64,000 nucleotides of DNA, taken from positions 496,001 through 560,000 of the forward strand of contig JAQGDQ010000014.1 of the NCBI GenBank assembly GCA_030141605.1, written 5' to 3'. Numbering within the stretch: position 1 is the first letter of the stretch; each line of letters begins with the position of its first letter. Below the pieces are notes generated by a model. The model searched no databases. It was not told the DNA's origin and saw only the letters and a program-made list of their open reading frames with translations. Made by a program: the position numbers and the translations under genes. Of the stretch, positions 27,178-42,610 are shown piece by piece. This DNA is from Tubiluchus corallicola (taxonomy: Eukaryota > Animalia > Priapulida).

Positions 27178-28914
27178 GCATTTCAACATTATCATTATCA
27201 ATACAAATTTTGTTGAGCAGAGATAGTGAGTCAATTCAAAATTATCAACAAGCAAAGGCCGAATTACCAAAATTAGTTTTTAATTTTCATCATTAAGATG
27301 GGCGTTCTACTACCCAAAGAAACCTGAGTACGCGAATACTATTACAAAAATTTTTATACAGAATAAAAACATTCCTTGGAAAACACTTGCACGGATGTAG
27401 CGAGTAGAAAGATCCTAGTAATCATGAATGACTTTCTGGCGGCTGCCTGTAAGAAAGTAGTAATAACTGAGAACATTGTGCCTCTGTGCGCCAATGTTTT
27501 TGTTATTATTATTTATTTCCTTACTGGCCATTGCTTAAACACAATATGAAAATGAACACAGTATACAGGGCATAATAATTATACAAACGTCCAACTGATG
27601 CGATATCATTATAATCCCATTTGCGTAATGTTACTAATGAATATTAATGAAGTGCTGCTAAAAATTGCAGTTTAATAGCATACTGTTTGCCATAAACGTT
27701 GGATCAAAATACTAAGATGCACGAAACGACTCAACGCTGAACAACTTTTGTTTATTCTACATTTAAAAAAACAGCCATGGTTTAATTTAAAAGTTTCTTG
27801 TATCGTGTACATAATGACTTTCAAATCACATGGACACTTAATATAATTTGAAAATGCCTCCAGTTTAGTGCATTCCGTAGAGAAGTAATTTATAGTTACT
27901 TGACTTCTGCTGATACGAAATTAATTTATGGGGAAAAAACCTTTTTCGTGACCGTTGACCTTTGTCATAATTTACTGTCAATCATATTCTAATGGAGTTC
28001 AAATTTTGTACAGCTGACATTGCCTTCAGCTAAACAGTGAAAGGTTGTGATCTATGAGATGTATTAGTATATGTATCTATGTATTATTTATGTATTAGTG
28101 ATCACTTTTCAGTGCGGAAGAGCTTAACCGCTTTGACCAAACACACGTTTTTCGTTAAATCAAAAATCCCAACTCGATTGCCACATTAAATAAGAGCTGG
28201 TCAAAATTGTTTTCACAGCTAAAAATTGCTTTAAACTTTTCTGCACATTCCTAAACCATTAAAGCACCTTGGCCGTAACAATTTTTTCACCTTTCTCACA
28301 TGAGCCAAAAGGGCCCATGCAAATTTCGTTTAAATTAAACGAACAAACCTAAAGTTATACCAACTTTCGTAGAACAACAAAAACAACAATGTCAAATAAC
28401 TCTGTTTATGTAGAGCAAAATGTGCAGTTATGTTGGTAACAAGCAGTAGCTTAAATATCTTTAACATTTAACAAATTACTGATAGATGCAATTGGAATCT
28501 GAAAAACTTGAGAAAGCTATCTTACCCAACATGTGTGAATGGATAAACTCTAGATCAATTAGAAACCCTTAAAAAGCCATGAGAGGTATTTCAGTCTTCT
28601 AGATAACATCAAGTAGCCAGTAATATTGTGCAAGATTGAAGCTGCAATTTCAACGGTAATCGGTTAATTTTGCAGTCGAACTCCACTCAAAAAGGTGAAG
28701 CGGTTTAGGAAAGACAGATAGCTTAGCTCGTAGACTTGATTGCATTTTCAGAATGGTATTGAAAGCATTGCTTTTCGTGACTAATGATTTCGTTGAAATT
28801 GCAGTCGAGGGAGACATTCTGAAAAATGTTTAAATGTCTGAGTTCAATTGCATTTTCAAGTTGATGTCCTAAGTCGGGTGCATCAATCTTTACACAGGTG
28901 ATTTAGGAAAAAAG

Positions 28915-29760
28915 TAGCAGATGGTGAGGGATTTTACACCCTTTCGATATTTCAACAGTAAGTACCAATATGTTAAATTTACTTCTGAAGTTGAGAACTG
29001 TGGCTCGTTGTTATTTTTAGATGTTGAAATTCTAGAAAAAATTTCATTCAAAACAGATGCTTTCGAAAACCAATCAACATTTCCTGGAGCTTATCCTTGT
29101 TTCACTTGTTTTCTTCCCAATAGTTTGAAATACGGACTTGTTTGGTATCGACAAGGTTTTTTCTAAGTAATACTTTTAGAAGAATTGTTATCCAAAATGA
29201 TTTTTTGACAAAATTTTGAGAAATAAGTACAAGGTCCATGTGTTGCGTTGTAGAAAAGCAGACTAACTTTACTTTTCTTGGTAGCAATTCGTTTTCAGTT
29301 AGATAACATTTGATAATTTTGTCCAATTCACAGTTTCCCCAAATCAAGTTACATATAATAGTATCTTTTTCACCTCCTTTGTCTAACTTGTTTAGGCTTA
29401 ACCACAAGATTTCTTTATTTTTCGAATCTAGTGTGGTTTATGAATTCACATGTGGCATCGACAGTGGTTCCTATATTGGCAAAACTGCCAGACATTTTCA
29501 CACAATGATTTCTGAACACAAGAGTATCTCCTTCTTCACTAGCAGATTAGTTAAAATTAAACAGTCAGTGTTAACTGACTGTTACAGTTACAGAAACCTG
29601 CAGTTCTACAAGACACTGAGAGTTGCTAGCCTCCTGATACTCAACTTATTGGATCTGCTAGTAATGACATTATTTTATTGTAGTTAGAGAGCTTTTTTAT
29701 TTCGCAAAGGGAACCAGAATTGAACCAAAACCAATTGAACCATTGAAATTTTTTAACACC
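28915..29760 (+). mobile_element. degenerate Penelope-like retroelement (RT C-terminus plus GIY-YIG endonuclease)
   Basis: YFNSKYQYVKFTSEVENCGSLLFLDVEI (PLE RT thumb-region motif) followed, after frameshifts, by SSVVYEFTCGIDSGSYIGKTARHFHTMISEH (GIY-YIG). Confidence 0.85.
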
Positions 29761-31509
29761 TATTAATTATTTCTCAGTTGAATAATTTTCTCAGGTATGT
29801 AAAATAAAATGGAAACTTTTTGATTTTTAACAGCTCTTGCTGACAATGAAATCAATTAGTTTCTAAACGTTTACTTACTTTTTTGTGTAAATACATAAAT
29901 ATCAAGTACAAATATGATTGTAAAGCATTATTATTGGCGTTTTTGTTTATTTGAAAGTGCATTTTCAGTCGCAGTTTCTGAGAAAAACAGCAAGGTACCA
30001 AAATTTGTGAAATGTAAAATCTGATTTTGTTCCCGATATCCAGAGCTTTTTTACATTTAAGCTGCTCAGTTTAACTATTAAATTATTATATATACCCACC
30101 GAATTTCTCAGTTCACACCCAAAGTTCTTGAATTTACTTACCAACCCCACTCAGCTTACACATTCATTAAGTTGTTCTATTTACACTATAAAACTACTCG
30201 GTTTAAATATTTTTATTTTAACCCATTACGTTATTAAGATGTCGCATTACCATCATGTTACCTTATTCAATTAATACATCAAGTTTCTCAAGCAAATAAT
30301 TTAGATAAGATATTGTTTATTTTCATAAAGTTTCTTAAGCAAATACATAGGACAACACGTGTGTAAAAATTGTTGTTTGAATAAAGTAGAGTATAAATGT
30401 CATTTAATTACTAAATATCTACTGTACGCTCATATAAGAGAGGGATGTTTTGGTACTCTTTCTGGTTTTTGTACCAGCTTTCAGTATATATATATATATA
30501 TATATATATGTCTCCTAATGAATTTTGTGTTTCTAGATTCGTCAGAATTTAAGGTGGATGTTATAAAAATTAATGCTAGATTGGCCCAGAAAATCTTTGA
30601 ATGCAGACCTCACTGAGATAACTCAGAGCAAGCCTGAATGCATGCTTAATTGCAATAATTGTAAAATCATAAGTCTGTGATATCAAGACAGTTTATACGT
30701 ATCTTGTTGCTTTGTTGCATGTGTTTATCTAGTTCAGCCATTATGTCGTAGACATATGTGGTTTCTCTGCATTATTATAGTCTGTTCATTGTTTAAGTCT
30801 AGTGTATACAGTTTTTTTCTGTTTTGTATTCTGTTCTACTGTTCAATAAACAAAACAATATTTTGCTCATATGAGCTTGCATGCAGTTTAGTTAATATGA
30901 GATGCTACCTGCTAAGACTTGTTAAGACCTCTAACTTTACCTAATTGAGTCTCTCGAATTTCTCTTCTAATGCTGAATCGGCAATGCACTAGTTTTGTGA
31001 AATTCACACACACTGTGCAATGTGCATCCTTTCAGCTGGCGTTTAATTAAATTGTTCTACGTCTCCTGGGAGCCTGGACATGAGACTGAAGAGACGAAAG
31101 CCGTCGCATGCTGTCTTCTTGACACAGACAAGCTGCGAAATTTAATGAATAATCTTATCGATTTCGTTGTGGGATGGACATTTGGGAAACTTTCGTCAAG
31201 TTATTATAGCGTTCTTAGTTAAACGTTTGGCTTTGTAAACATGTGATGATAGCTTAGCCTTATAACCGACATCCATTGACGCAAATTGTCGGCTGAATAT
31301 TATTATCATCATATGATTAGGAACTGTATTACGCACTTAATTTAGAAGTATTTAGAATAAACTAGAATAAATTGGATAGCCTACCAGCAAATAGTTAGTG
31401 AAGATCCTGTGAAAATAGTTATTTCCAAAATATCTTTTGCTGCTATTTTAAGAAACAGTAAGAACAGGACAGACTCCGAACGTTGCCAGGATACGGATTT
31501 ATATATATA

Positions 31510-32475
<966 letters not shown>

Positions 32476-32659
32476 ATTGTGACCTGCTCAGATAACCTGC
32501 GGGGCCAAAATAACTTAAGTTAAGAAGTGCACCAGGGTGGACCTAGGTAATCGAGCATACTAATTAGCCTACAATGATTTTCTTATAGAAAGGTGTTTAC
32601 AATGCTGGTGTTGCAATATAGTAAGCATATCCTTATTATAGTATATACTAGAAAAAAAG

Positions 32660-33355
32660 AACTGTTTAATAACAGGAAAGCCATAAAATGACGACATATC
32701 GCAGCTTCAAAAAGAAATACCTCCTTGAAAACTATTTATCACTTAATGCCACAAGGCAGGCTATCATGCTACACCAAATTTAGGATAAGCGTCCATAAAT
32801 TGGCCATTGAATCTGGCTGGTACCATTAACCTTGTAAAATAACTGTGGGTGAGCGAATTTGTAATTATATTGTGATTTTAACCAAATCGAAGATGAATTG
32901 GACTTAGTTATGTAAAGCCCACGTTTCCATCTAAATGATAGTTTACCACTTTTTAACAATATTGAAACTTCGTTCCCTGCGTTTTCTGCCATACCAAATG
33001 ACAATAATAAACTTGTCTTTATAATGAGTAGTCAAGATATCGAATTATGCAAGATTATTGTAGCTTTTCTTGAATCAGCTTTTCGTACAAAAGAATCGTT
33101 TATCGTCTATATAAACTGTAGGTGCAATTGTGTAAAGAGTTATTGCACTTCTTTATGTAACATTGTTTTAATAACTATTTTTAATATTTATATGAATTAA
33201 TTCTTATTTGTTCTGTACGCTCGAGCCACACTATTCTTTTTTAAGGTGATTTTGTCTCTGGTAAACGTTTCTTTTACTGTTGATTAATTCTGTCTAGTTT
33301 ATTTGCTGTTGACGTTTGTACGTATGTACTGGTGGTTCAGTAAACAAACACAAAA
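32660..33355 (+). mobile_element. 3' fragment of a degenerate non-LTR retrotransposon (LINE)
   Basis: Broken frames give KMTTYRSFKKKY..ENYL, FRISVHKLAIESGWY and CDFNQIEDELDLVM*SP, matching the RxSxHxLxIExGR and C..EDExHF..CP motifs of LINE ORF2 C-termini; ends in an AAAC-rich tail. Confidence 0.7.
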
Positions 33356-34870
33356 CAAGTTTGGAGCGCCAGATTTCAAAAACAAAGAGTTCATTCAGTC
33401 TTGAGTACAACCCACGCATTAAATTGACTTGCTTACCTTTTAATTAATCTCAGTTCAGACAAACAAGCGATGGCACGCGAATGGCGGCGGGAGTTAGGGT
33501 TGTTATGAAGCCAGAGACTACGATCTTGTTTCCTGTCATTAAACCAATAAACTTAATGATAGCAAACAAAGCTAAATAATGTAGAGCACACAGCAGTCTC
33601 AATGGAGTCTGTCCACTAAGCAACGCGGTAGCGTACGTCTTACTAATTAAATGTAGATCAGAATCATGAATGAATCATGATGAAAAGTACTAGGTTGGAT
33701 TACTTAGCTAAATTTAATCATGCTTTGGCTTTACCTTTACATTAGCTTTACAAATCAGTCAGTTTTAATGTGCAATTAAGATTCTGCAATACTGCAAGTT
33801 ATTGCGGTAACTCCATACTACTTAACAACTCCAAAACCACACTAGAGTCCCCAAACTTGCAGGGTACACACCTGGGATGGGGGCACAGACATTGGTATGG
33901 GAACCGTTGACCTCAGGTCAAAGGGTCAAGGACATCGGGTATTTGTTTCGATTATCACTCAACTCCTCCAAGGGCTTAGAGTTAAATTCAATTTTTTTTC
34001 ACAGGTATTTAGAAATTGTTGTTTTTATTTTTGTTTTAACCTTTATGCTTGTCACTACCCCTCATTTTGATCATCTCTATTACCTGTAATTTTTATTACC
34101 TCTAGTATCTACATTATCCGTAACGTGCAAGATAACTTGCAAGAACTTGGGTACTTGCGCTATTAACGAAAACTTCCGCAGTTAAGAAACATGAAAAAAC
34201 GAGATATTTCAAATCACGTTGTATTTTATCTTCAACAGAAAAAAAATGATAAAGTGCTAACACTAATTTTTTGTGATTTGTATGTATTTTTCATGTATTT
34301 TTGACTTTTCTTTCACTTATGTGGTGATAACCTGCAGTAGTAGTTTAGAACTTTGCCTTTCTCCTTTATGTTGTTGAGATTTTCCATTAATTGCCACTGT
34401 TCTTGTCTCTAAAAATATAATTAGCTTTAGTTTTTTTTCTACTTTAAAACCCCAAAACAGGAGGACATTCCGAGCTCAAAGCCATACTCATCGAAAGTCT
34501 ATTGCTATATTTAACCAATTTGCTGCTATTTTTATGAAAAGTATTCATAGGATTTTCGTGGACTGATTCTAAACCCCCAGTTTGCTCGGAATACGAGCCC
34601 CGAATCTTACTAGTCAGAGGGCAACTGCATTGCATAATTCAGTTTTTTCTTCGGACTTCTTGTGAAAATGTGAAAATCAGTGAAAATGTGTCCCAAGAAA
34701 CTGTTTTAGTGATAACTGCAAATTAACTCGCCTCGAGAAGAATGGCAACAGATACCATTTTAAATATCTAATTCTATTTTCTTGACCTGCACTGATACTC
34801 CAGTTGTTCAACTGTAGCCTGACTAGCCTCTTATCCTTCTTGCAGCCATATGTGTTCAGTACAGCTGAAC

Positions 34871-37488
34871 TAGGGCCGGCTCTGGGTAGTTTGGTGCCCT
34901 GGACAAAAGTATTTTAGCGCCCCTCCTCAATGGCCAAAATGGTCAACGCTACACCCCAGAATTGAATTTTCTTGTGTAATATTATAATAAAGTATAACGT
35001 ATTATATCAATTAACTGTAGCTAATTACCTTATCTACAGCTTCTGTTGATTGAATTTGAATTGAGGGTGTTGTTGAAATTTGTACATCCTGGGTCTTTAT
35101 GAGCAATCAAATTTCTGCAATTTCTGCAACTTTTGGCTAAATTTTCCCTCAGCCTTCTTCTCTCAAACATATAGGTCCGTTTCACTAGTTTCATAATTCT
35201 GATCTGGTTGCTTCATTAGATATTCTCTTACTGTTCACGCTCACCAGCTCTGTTACCTTTCGTTTCCTGCATTACGCGCCTGAGGACTTCGATTCGTATA
35301 TGTTTATCTGTCATAATTAGATAAATGCTGTTGTTAGAAACTTTTTGTTAACGGAAACATCATTGCTATAAGCACTTCCTTAGATCTGCTGCTCTATGCA
35401 TGCAGTAGAAACAACTGGTTAAGGCATGTTAGCATTGTCCGAGTGAATTGTCTTAATCTTAGGAAACCAAATACAAATGTACAAAGTGTACAAAAATCAC
35501 AAGGGTATTAGTGTCATTAATGTTTTAACCAAGATATGCGATATGATACTGAATAAACGGTTAAGTTCTTGGTGGTGTCCGGATATCGAACAATGTGGGG
35601 CGCAAAAAGCTCTGGGGTGTATTGAACATATTATGACTCTTCGATTATTAATTGATTGGGGTGTAAGTTCAGACAGAAAACTTTTTATCGCTTTCATTGA
35701 CTTCTCTACTGCTTATGACAGAGTGCCTAGAAGAAAATTATTGCGTGAACTTGTCAGGCCTGGTTGTGGCGCTAGAATGGTCAGGGTAATTCAGGCTACG
35801 TATACTACTGCTAACGCTGTGATTGGTAGTGAAACTTTTGATACTAGTGTACGTGTTAGGCAGGGCTCTCCAAGTAGTTGTTTTTTGTTTATACTGCTTA
35901 TTAACCCTCTGATTCGTATATTGAAAGAGCTGCCGAATGATGGTTTTCTGTGTAACTTGCACAGTCTAATGATGATAGATGATAGTGTAATATTCGCACT
36001 GTTCGAGTTAGCGTTATTAACAAATTAAATGTTTTCAGCATTTTCTGTTGTTCTTCTGAAATGCAAATTAGTTCTGTTAAAACTAAGCTTGTGGTTATTA
36101 ATGGCACCACAGTGGACTATTGTAATGAAAAGCTTGGTTACTATTCGGCATGTACTAGTTATATATCTAGGTTTCCCTATTACAGAGGATGATAATTTTA
36201 GTACTGCTCTACAGATTCAAGAGAGTGATGAGATTAAGCATGTAATAAATAAATTTTATTAATTTTTAACTCGTCACACAGATGCCCCTTTTTACGTGAA
36301 AAAATCAGCAATGAACGCAGCTTTAATTTTCGTCAAAACTCATGTTGCTTGGAAACTTGGTGTTCGTATTTCTGCTCGATTTTCCTTCAATTGCGGCCTA
36401 TGTTATACAGCGAAGAGCTAGTTTTTGGAGAAATGCTCAGCTCATGTTTTAGTTAAATTGTGCAAGTAATTCTCAAAGTAATGCGGCTTCATTCATTACT
36501 GAAAATGTGTTTAGTAGGTTTAATTCTAAGGCTATGACAAACATCGTAGACTGAATTATATTGAAGTTGCTTCAGGTTTCAAGTTCTGTATTATAGATCA
36601 ACAAATGATGATACAAATTTAAGCTCAGTTTACATTAGGCGTTATGCAAGTATACTCGAAAAGCATAGGATGGTTTTTACTAGGTCTAGGTTATCGTCAC
36701 ATAATTTATTCGTTGAGACAATTCGTTGGGCAGAGAACGATTTTCTGAACCATGCGACCGTTCGAGCATTCAAAATGAGGAATATGACTTTAACGTGAAC
36801 TTTGATATTATATGTGACTTGTTCAAATGTGATTTATCACTTGTCTGCTCTTATATTTATAACTGCCTTAATCGCTTTAATTAAGTTTTTCCATTAGATT
36901 CTATGAGCTCAGTACGTTTAGTATTGGACTTTCATATTAATTATCAATATACACACGTCATCCGTTATTTTTAGGACACTTTTGTAATTATTTCGTGTCT
37001 AGTGCCAGTAGTGATCAGGTGTTATTTTTGTATTTGCAATTTGTCAGCAAGTAGTTTTGTTTCATTATTTGTGTATACACGTATTTGTATGCATGTATGT
37101 ATGTATTTTATGGCTTCGAATATATGTATGTATTATGATTGTATATTTTATTTTGTTTTATTGATAATTTTTCGAGGTCAATAAAATTTAATAATAATAA
37201 TAATAATAATAATAACAATAATAATAATAATATTATTATTATTAATAATAATAATAATAATAATAATAATTTGTTGCGGGAAGACACTTCCTAGCGTCGA
37301 CGAATGACATGTTTGATAGGAAAATAACGAAAGTAGTTCGTTTCTTTTAATTAAAGTGTTATGCACTTAAGCAATAATTATTGTACATTACGTTATTACT
37401 TATGGTAAACTCAAAAAATTAAGTATTACTTCTAGAATTTGGCGCCCTAGGCAACTGCCTAGTTTGCTTTGTGGTAGAGACGGCCCTG
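34871..37488 (-). mobile_element. non-autonomous hAT element, copy B, interrupted by a LINE
   Basis: TIRs TAGGGCCGGCTCT / AGAGACGGCCCTG; flanks CAGCTGAAC/CCGCTGGAC as a degenerate TSD; collinear with 15478-16755 on both sides of the insert. Confidence 0.75.
35350..37269 (+). mobile_element. 5'-truncated, decayed LINE (reverse transcriptase relic)
   Basis: ORF 35477-36028 with RT motifs KGISVINV, EQCG, FIAFIDFSTAYDRV, VRQGSPSSCFLF and MMIDD (degenerate YADD); downstream YLGFPI and RLSSHNLFVETIRW; (AAT)n tail 37190-37269; candidate TSD TTTGTT. Confidence 0.9.
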
Positions 37489-40400
37489 CCGCTGGACGCT
37501 GACTGCTACTGGGTAATAATTAGCATTTTTCATTTTTTCAAGCATTTTGCTTTCCTTCACCGCAATGAAACCGACGTAAACATTTTGAATTTAATAAGTA
37601 GCTGTGTTAACTTGTCAAATAGCCAGTGGTTTTACAGTGCAATATAATGTCCAGGCAAAGATTTTGCTAACAAAGTCAATAATTGAGAAGCTACTGTTAC
37701 ATTTACATCTAGAATGATGTTGACGTGTTGGTGCTGCTGTCAAATCTGTTTAGCTCACTATAAAGGATTTACTTGCATCAGGCAGGTGCGTCATTTTTCT
37801 CAACAAAAACTAACAAATTAAATGATGGCGGTGACCAACCCTAAATTCTGGCGAGTGTAGCCGAAACTGTATAAACAAGATACGTCTTTACACCTATCTT
37901 TTTCTGTCTCTTTTTTCTATTTGTACATATATGTCCGTATCCTTATCTCTGTCTCCGTTCTCACCGTCTATACCTCTATATCTGTTTTAATTTGTAATAG
38001 TTGCAGTATCTCTATGTTATCCAAATGATTCTCATCCTCACTGTCATCTTTACCATCGTCCTTGTCTTCTATCCTCAGCTTCATTGTCGTTCTATTGTTT
38101 ATTTTTACCTTTTCCTTTAGTTCCAGTAGTTAATTTTTCATAGGAGTTATTATCACATCTCCATTGTCACCCCATCTTCGTCATTGTCACCGTCATCTTC
38201 ACCAACGTCATATCATCACTGTTTTTGTTAGGTAAGTTTACACATGTCAAGCGCGTCAAACGTATACTTTTCTGCTCCAATAAATAGCTGAGCACATCAA
38301 TAATTGACTATTTATAGAGGATTCACACTCGAAACTATTTCGAAAAAAGCGAAGCATAATTTACTCTGCAACGCAGGAATCTCGTTAAGGAAGCCAAGTG
38401 CAATGGAGAAGCTGATCAGATTTACATTCGTCTTCTTGAGTTGCAAACAACTGACTCGATAAACCAGGAAATAAATTGTCGTGTAAACATGAGCACGAAA
38501 TTTATGTTGACACAGTGTATGTGATTAGCCATGTCATGATTGACAGCAATGAGTACTTGTGTCAATGCTTTGTTATTTGTGTATGCATGTGTGGGCTTTA
38601 GTTTGAAAATATGAGCCCAAGTTGGTTGAATGATTAAATTTGCATCATTATTATATGCTTAGAATTTTGCTTTTGATTAAATGGGAAGAAAAGGCTGTCC
38701 GCATATACATTTTAAATATGTCCAAAAAATCCCAAAAAATTACACACACAAAGTTATAAAGCTTCGCATTGCGCTTACGCGTTTAAAAGATTTGTGTAAT
38801 TAGAAAAGAATATTCTTAATAATTTAAAATATTCGAGCCACCTGGTAAAACGACACTGTACGCCACCTCACTGTGCACCACTCACTCACCAAAAAGAGTA
38901 TTGCTTTTATTGACAATAAAAAGTAATTTAAACTTTTGCTTAGTTAACAGAGAATGTGTTAAGAATGCTCTGATTATTTCTTTTCAAACTTTACGCAGTG
39001 TAATTTAAATTTGTTTCAAAAAACTTAACCTCAAAATGGCTGCATTTATTGGTCATCGCGGGAGTTTAAATTTAAAAGTTTTAGACAGCGCTACTGCTAA
39101 TAAGCGCAATATGCGCAATAAGATTGGATACAAGTGATATAATATATCAGGACGACTTTTTTTAAGCTAAAAAGTGTTTTCTTGTGCTTTAAGATCTATT
39201 TACACAAAGATTCACTTAAACTCTCTTTACTATAAAGAGAGTACATTTTCCTTTACGTCATTAAAAGCACGATGCCGCGTCTTCGTAATACAGCGAAAAG
39301 TGCCTGGTCAGGGCCTTTTCTGTGCCTAAGTAGAGCGTAGAAAACTTATACAGAACGGGGGGGGGTTCTTATTATTTTGTTTTCATTACAAAATTAGTCC
39401 GAGTCCTGGATGTATGCATCTTTGTGACCACAAAGAAGGAAGTGGCAGATAATCCACTACCCGTAATTCACTACCTTAAAAGTACATTACGGGTAGAATA
39501 TTTTTTTGCCTAGTGTAAATGAAATTCTACTACTCCCATGATTTCGCAGTGCTTCTGAATCGATTACATCTCTGCCTCTGCTTACTAAGCCTTGTTCGTT
39601 TCATTTACTCTCCTATAATTATAATTATTTGCTACACCGCACTATAGAAGCTAATTTGCCTAGATTGCTCCCATACTATGCAGACATTCTTAAGTCCATT
39701 GACTTCTGCACTGTTTAATCAAAACCGAGTTACAATGTAGATATTAGTACGACTGTAAAGCTTTGAGACTTTACAGTTTTTTGATGTTACTTATTCTTTA
39801 CGCCCCGTCCAGGGATGTTCAGACTGGAACCTGGGGCGATTCGAAAGTCTCCAGTGACTGGTAGGGCATTTTTCTAAGATTATCTTCACAGACTTCCTTT
39901 AGCGTCACCCTTTTGGAAGCCTATCAATTCTGTTAGTTTAGCGAATTCCAATATGGGGTGTCATACAGTATTAGTGCTAACTGTTAATGTGCCCTAAACA
40001 TGACCTGTAGAAATAATGATGGATTTGAAATGCGGACATTTGAAGTGCTAGCATACTCAGTGCGCTACGTTTCCGTGCTATGGTTTAGGTGGTTTGGGGC
40101 TTGCGTTCAGTGCAATGTTCGGCCGTCAATGCACAACATTTTGCATCACGTGCTTTCTGACTGCTGGCATTCACTGCATTGTGCTTCTTGAAACGCTCAC
40201 ATTCACTGTACTGTACGTCTTCAGAAATTTCAATAGCTTGCTCAGACACAGGTTACATGTATATGCAATATCTATTTATCTGGCGAGCAGTGCTAGTTGG
40301 TTTCTCTGGTTGAAAGGCGTCTTTCGTAATGCAATTTCGATGATACATATTTGATTTTCTGGGTATATTCTCCACAATATTCTATCAACAGACATGTTTC

Positions 40401-40814
40401 AAATGATCTTTATTTGCTTTTTCGGTGCTTTATGATTATAGTTTGCCTGCTTCGTTAATTGTTGTTAGGACTTCAAACAGCATTCGGTTCTTGATCGAGT
40501 ATAATTACTGATTGATTAGAGATTGATTTCCATCATTGATTTTTTTATTAGAACTAATAACTCATTACGAACTCTTACGCTGAACTAAACATTGGACAGT
40601 GAAATGATTATGTCAGGAAATATTTCGACAAAAATCATGCGTTTGGCATAGTCATGCAAACATAAGTTGCAGGCGTCCGAGGTTTTTTTCGAAATGTTAG
40701 TGATACCTTTTGTAAAAAAAAAATTGACCTATGTGGGTCTGTGTTTGTGGTAATAGTGTGTTAAATAGACATTTTTATGTTTGTAAACCGTAAATTCGTT
40801 GTCCGAGATTCAGA

Positions 40815-41015
40815 ACAACAGACAGATGAACGATGGATGGATGGACAGATGAACTGACGGATTGGCGGATGGACTGACAGACAGACTGAAACCCAGCCAG
40901 CCAGTCAGACAAATAGACAGACAGACAGACAGGCGAATTGATAGGCACGACCTGAAAGAGGCAGATAGCCAGCAGATAGAATAGACGGGCTGACAGGTCG
41001 ACAGTTAGACAAACA
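40815..41015. repeat. degenerate (GACA/GATG/GCCA) tetranucleotide tract
   Basis: Directly visible. Confidence 0.75.
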
Positions 41016-41250
41016 GTACACCGGAATTTCATTATTATGCATTTTACCGTTTATGTACTGGTAATGCATTTTATGTGTCTATGCATCCAATGCGTTTGTT
41101 CCATGATTGCTTTAGCACTTTTACAATAGATGGCAGGGCAAGGATACATATTTGTTGACGCTTACTGTAAACATTGGTAGCTTTGGCGAAGAATTTTTCT
41201 GTTAACAACTGCACAAATTTATTTATGTTGCAATTTTTAATATTTTTCAG

Positions 41251-41482
41251 GCTTTTCAAGTCACAAAAAGAATTTCTGAAGCTGTTTAGTTTTGGCAAAG
41301 ATGGCGGAGACATCGACGATTTAGCCAACAATCCCGAAGTAGAGCGACACGCAACAATTGTGATTGGAAACATTGACAAGGCCATACATCAATTACATGA
41401 CATGGACGAATTCTACGTCTTAATGAAACGCTTCAGTGAGAACCACAGCAGAATAAGAGGGTTTCAACCAGAGTTCTTTTGG
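41251..41482 (+). CDS. GbXL: globin X-like, coding exon 2 (heme-binding exon)
   Basis: LFKSQKEFLKLF (CD1 Phe), EVERHATIV (distal His E7), ENHSRIRGFQPEFFW (proximal His F8); TTTCAG acceptor and phase-0 donor TGG|GTACGT at G7.0. Confidence 0.95.
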
Positions 41483-41641
41483 GTACGTAAAGGAAGTTTG
41501 TTGACAGTTTAACGGTTTATTGTCGTATACAAAATAAGAGGTCGCCCAGAAAAAAATCACATGCAAATTTTTGAATAAAACAAGAATTACAGGACAAAAA
41601 GTCAAAAATTTAACAGAATAACTATATATATATATATAGTT

Positions 41642-41672
<31 letters not shown>

Positions 41673-42384
41673 TCTATTATGCATGTTCCGCAAAATTCAG
41701 GAATTTTCGTAGTTTGGTCAAACCCGCGCGATATGTATATGATTTAAAACAGCAAAAATTGATTTCAGTTTTAACCAATTCGTGATGTGACATGCACTGC
41801 CTTTCCCCTCTTTTCCTGTTTAGGCCTGTTTTTTGTCGTTCGTGCTTTCATGCGTTTCTCATTTCCTTAGTCATTACTTTTTTAGATTCGTTATTATAGA
41901 CCATTATGCATAAAATGATTTATCACAGACCTAATTTAAATTCCAAACCTTTCATTCTCTCTATCCGTTTAATTCCTGTAATTGACTCATTTCTGAATAA
42001 TTCTTTGGGAAATTGATCGTATTTCTAGAATGGACGAGGAAGGGGACAAATTAAAGCATTTTAGCGTAGTTGCGTAGTTTCTTAGTCATATAGAGAAGGA
42101 TAATGAGTTGAACAAAAATTAAATTTACTATTAAAAAACTCGAATTTTCTGAATATGCGGTTGACTGCAACCAAACACATTAAAGCGGGCTTGCCTATTC
42201 TTCTTCGCAATAGCAGAATCAATAGTTTGAGCTAGGAGAATAGCAGACTAGTTAAAAATAGGCTAATGTGTAGGCTAAGGCGGATAAGTTACACTATAAA
42301 TTTCTACTATAGTCAGTAGCCTGCATTAAACAAGCTCCAAACTATTTTTAATTAGTTAGTGATAATACAACGCCCAATTAATTA

Positions 42385-42610
42385 GATTTTTATACCAAAC
42401 TTGAAAAATAAGAAATGTGAAAAAGTTGGATGCAGCCTGGATTTGAACCAGGCACTTTCTCCTTACGAGTTAGACTTGAACGAAACCAACATTATTTAGA
42501 TTTTGATACCAAATTTGTAAAATAGGAAATGTGGAAAAATTGGAATGTAGCATGAAATCCACGCCACTGGGCACTATATTCCCACTGACCTGGCAGCCCA
42601 AAGTTCATCC
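42385..42610 (-). mobile_element. tRNA-derived SINE-like element (rearranged, two partial units) in GbXL intron 2
   Basis: Minus-strand B-box GGTTCAAATCC followed by CCAACTTTTTTCACATTTC..TTCAAGTTTG, shared with 63700-63870. Confidence 0.65.

Noticed and set aside
26813-27216. IVIV / SLSL ORFs (likewise 3859-4153, 17628-17897, 53101-53298, 57060-57381)
   Set aside because: Microsatellite translations.
35477-36028. Active or domesticated reverse transcriptase
   Set aside because: The catalytic motif is degenerate (MIDD), with stops and frameshifts immediately downstream and 5' truncation.
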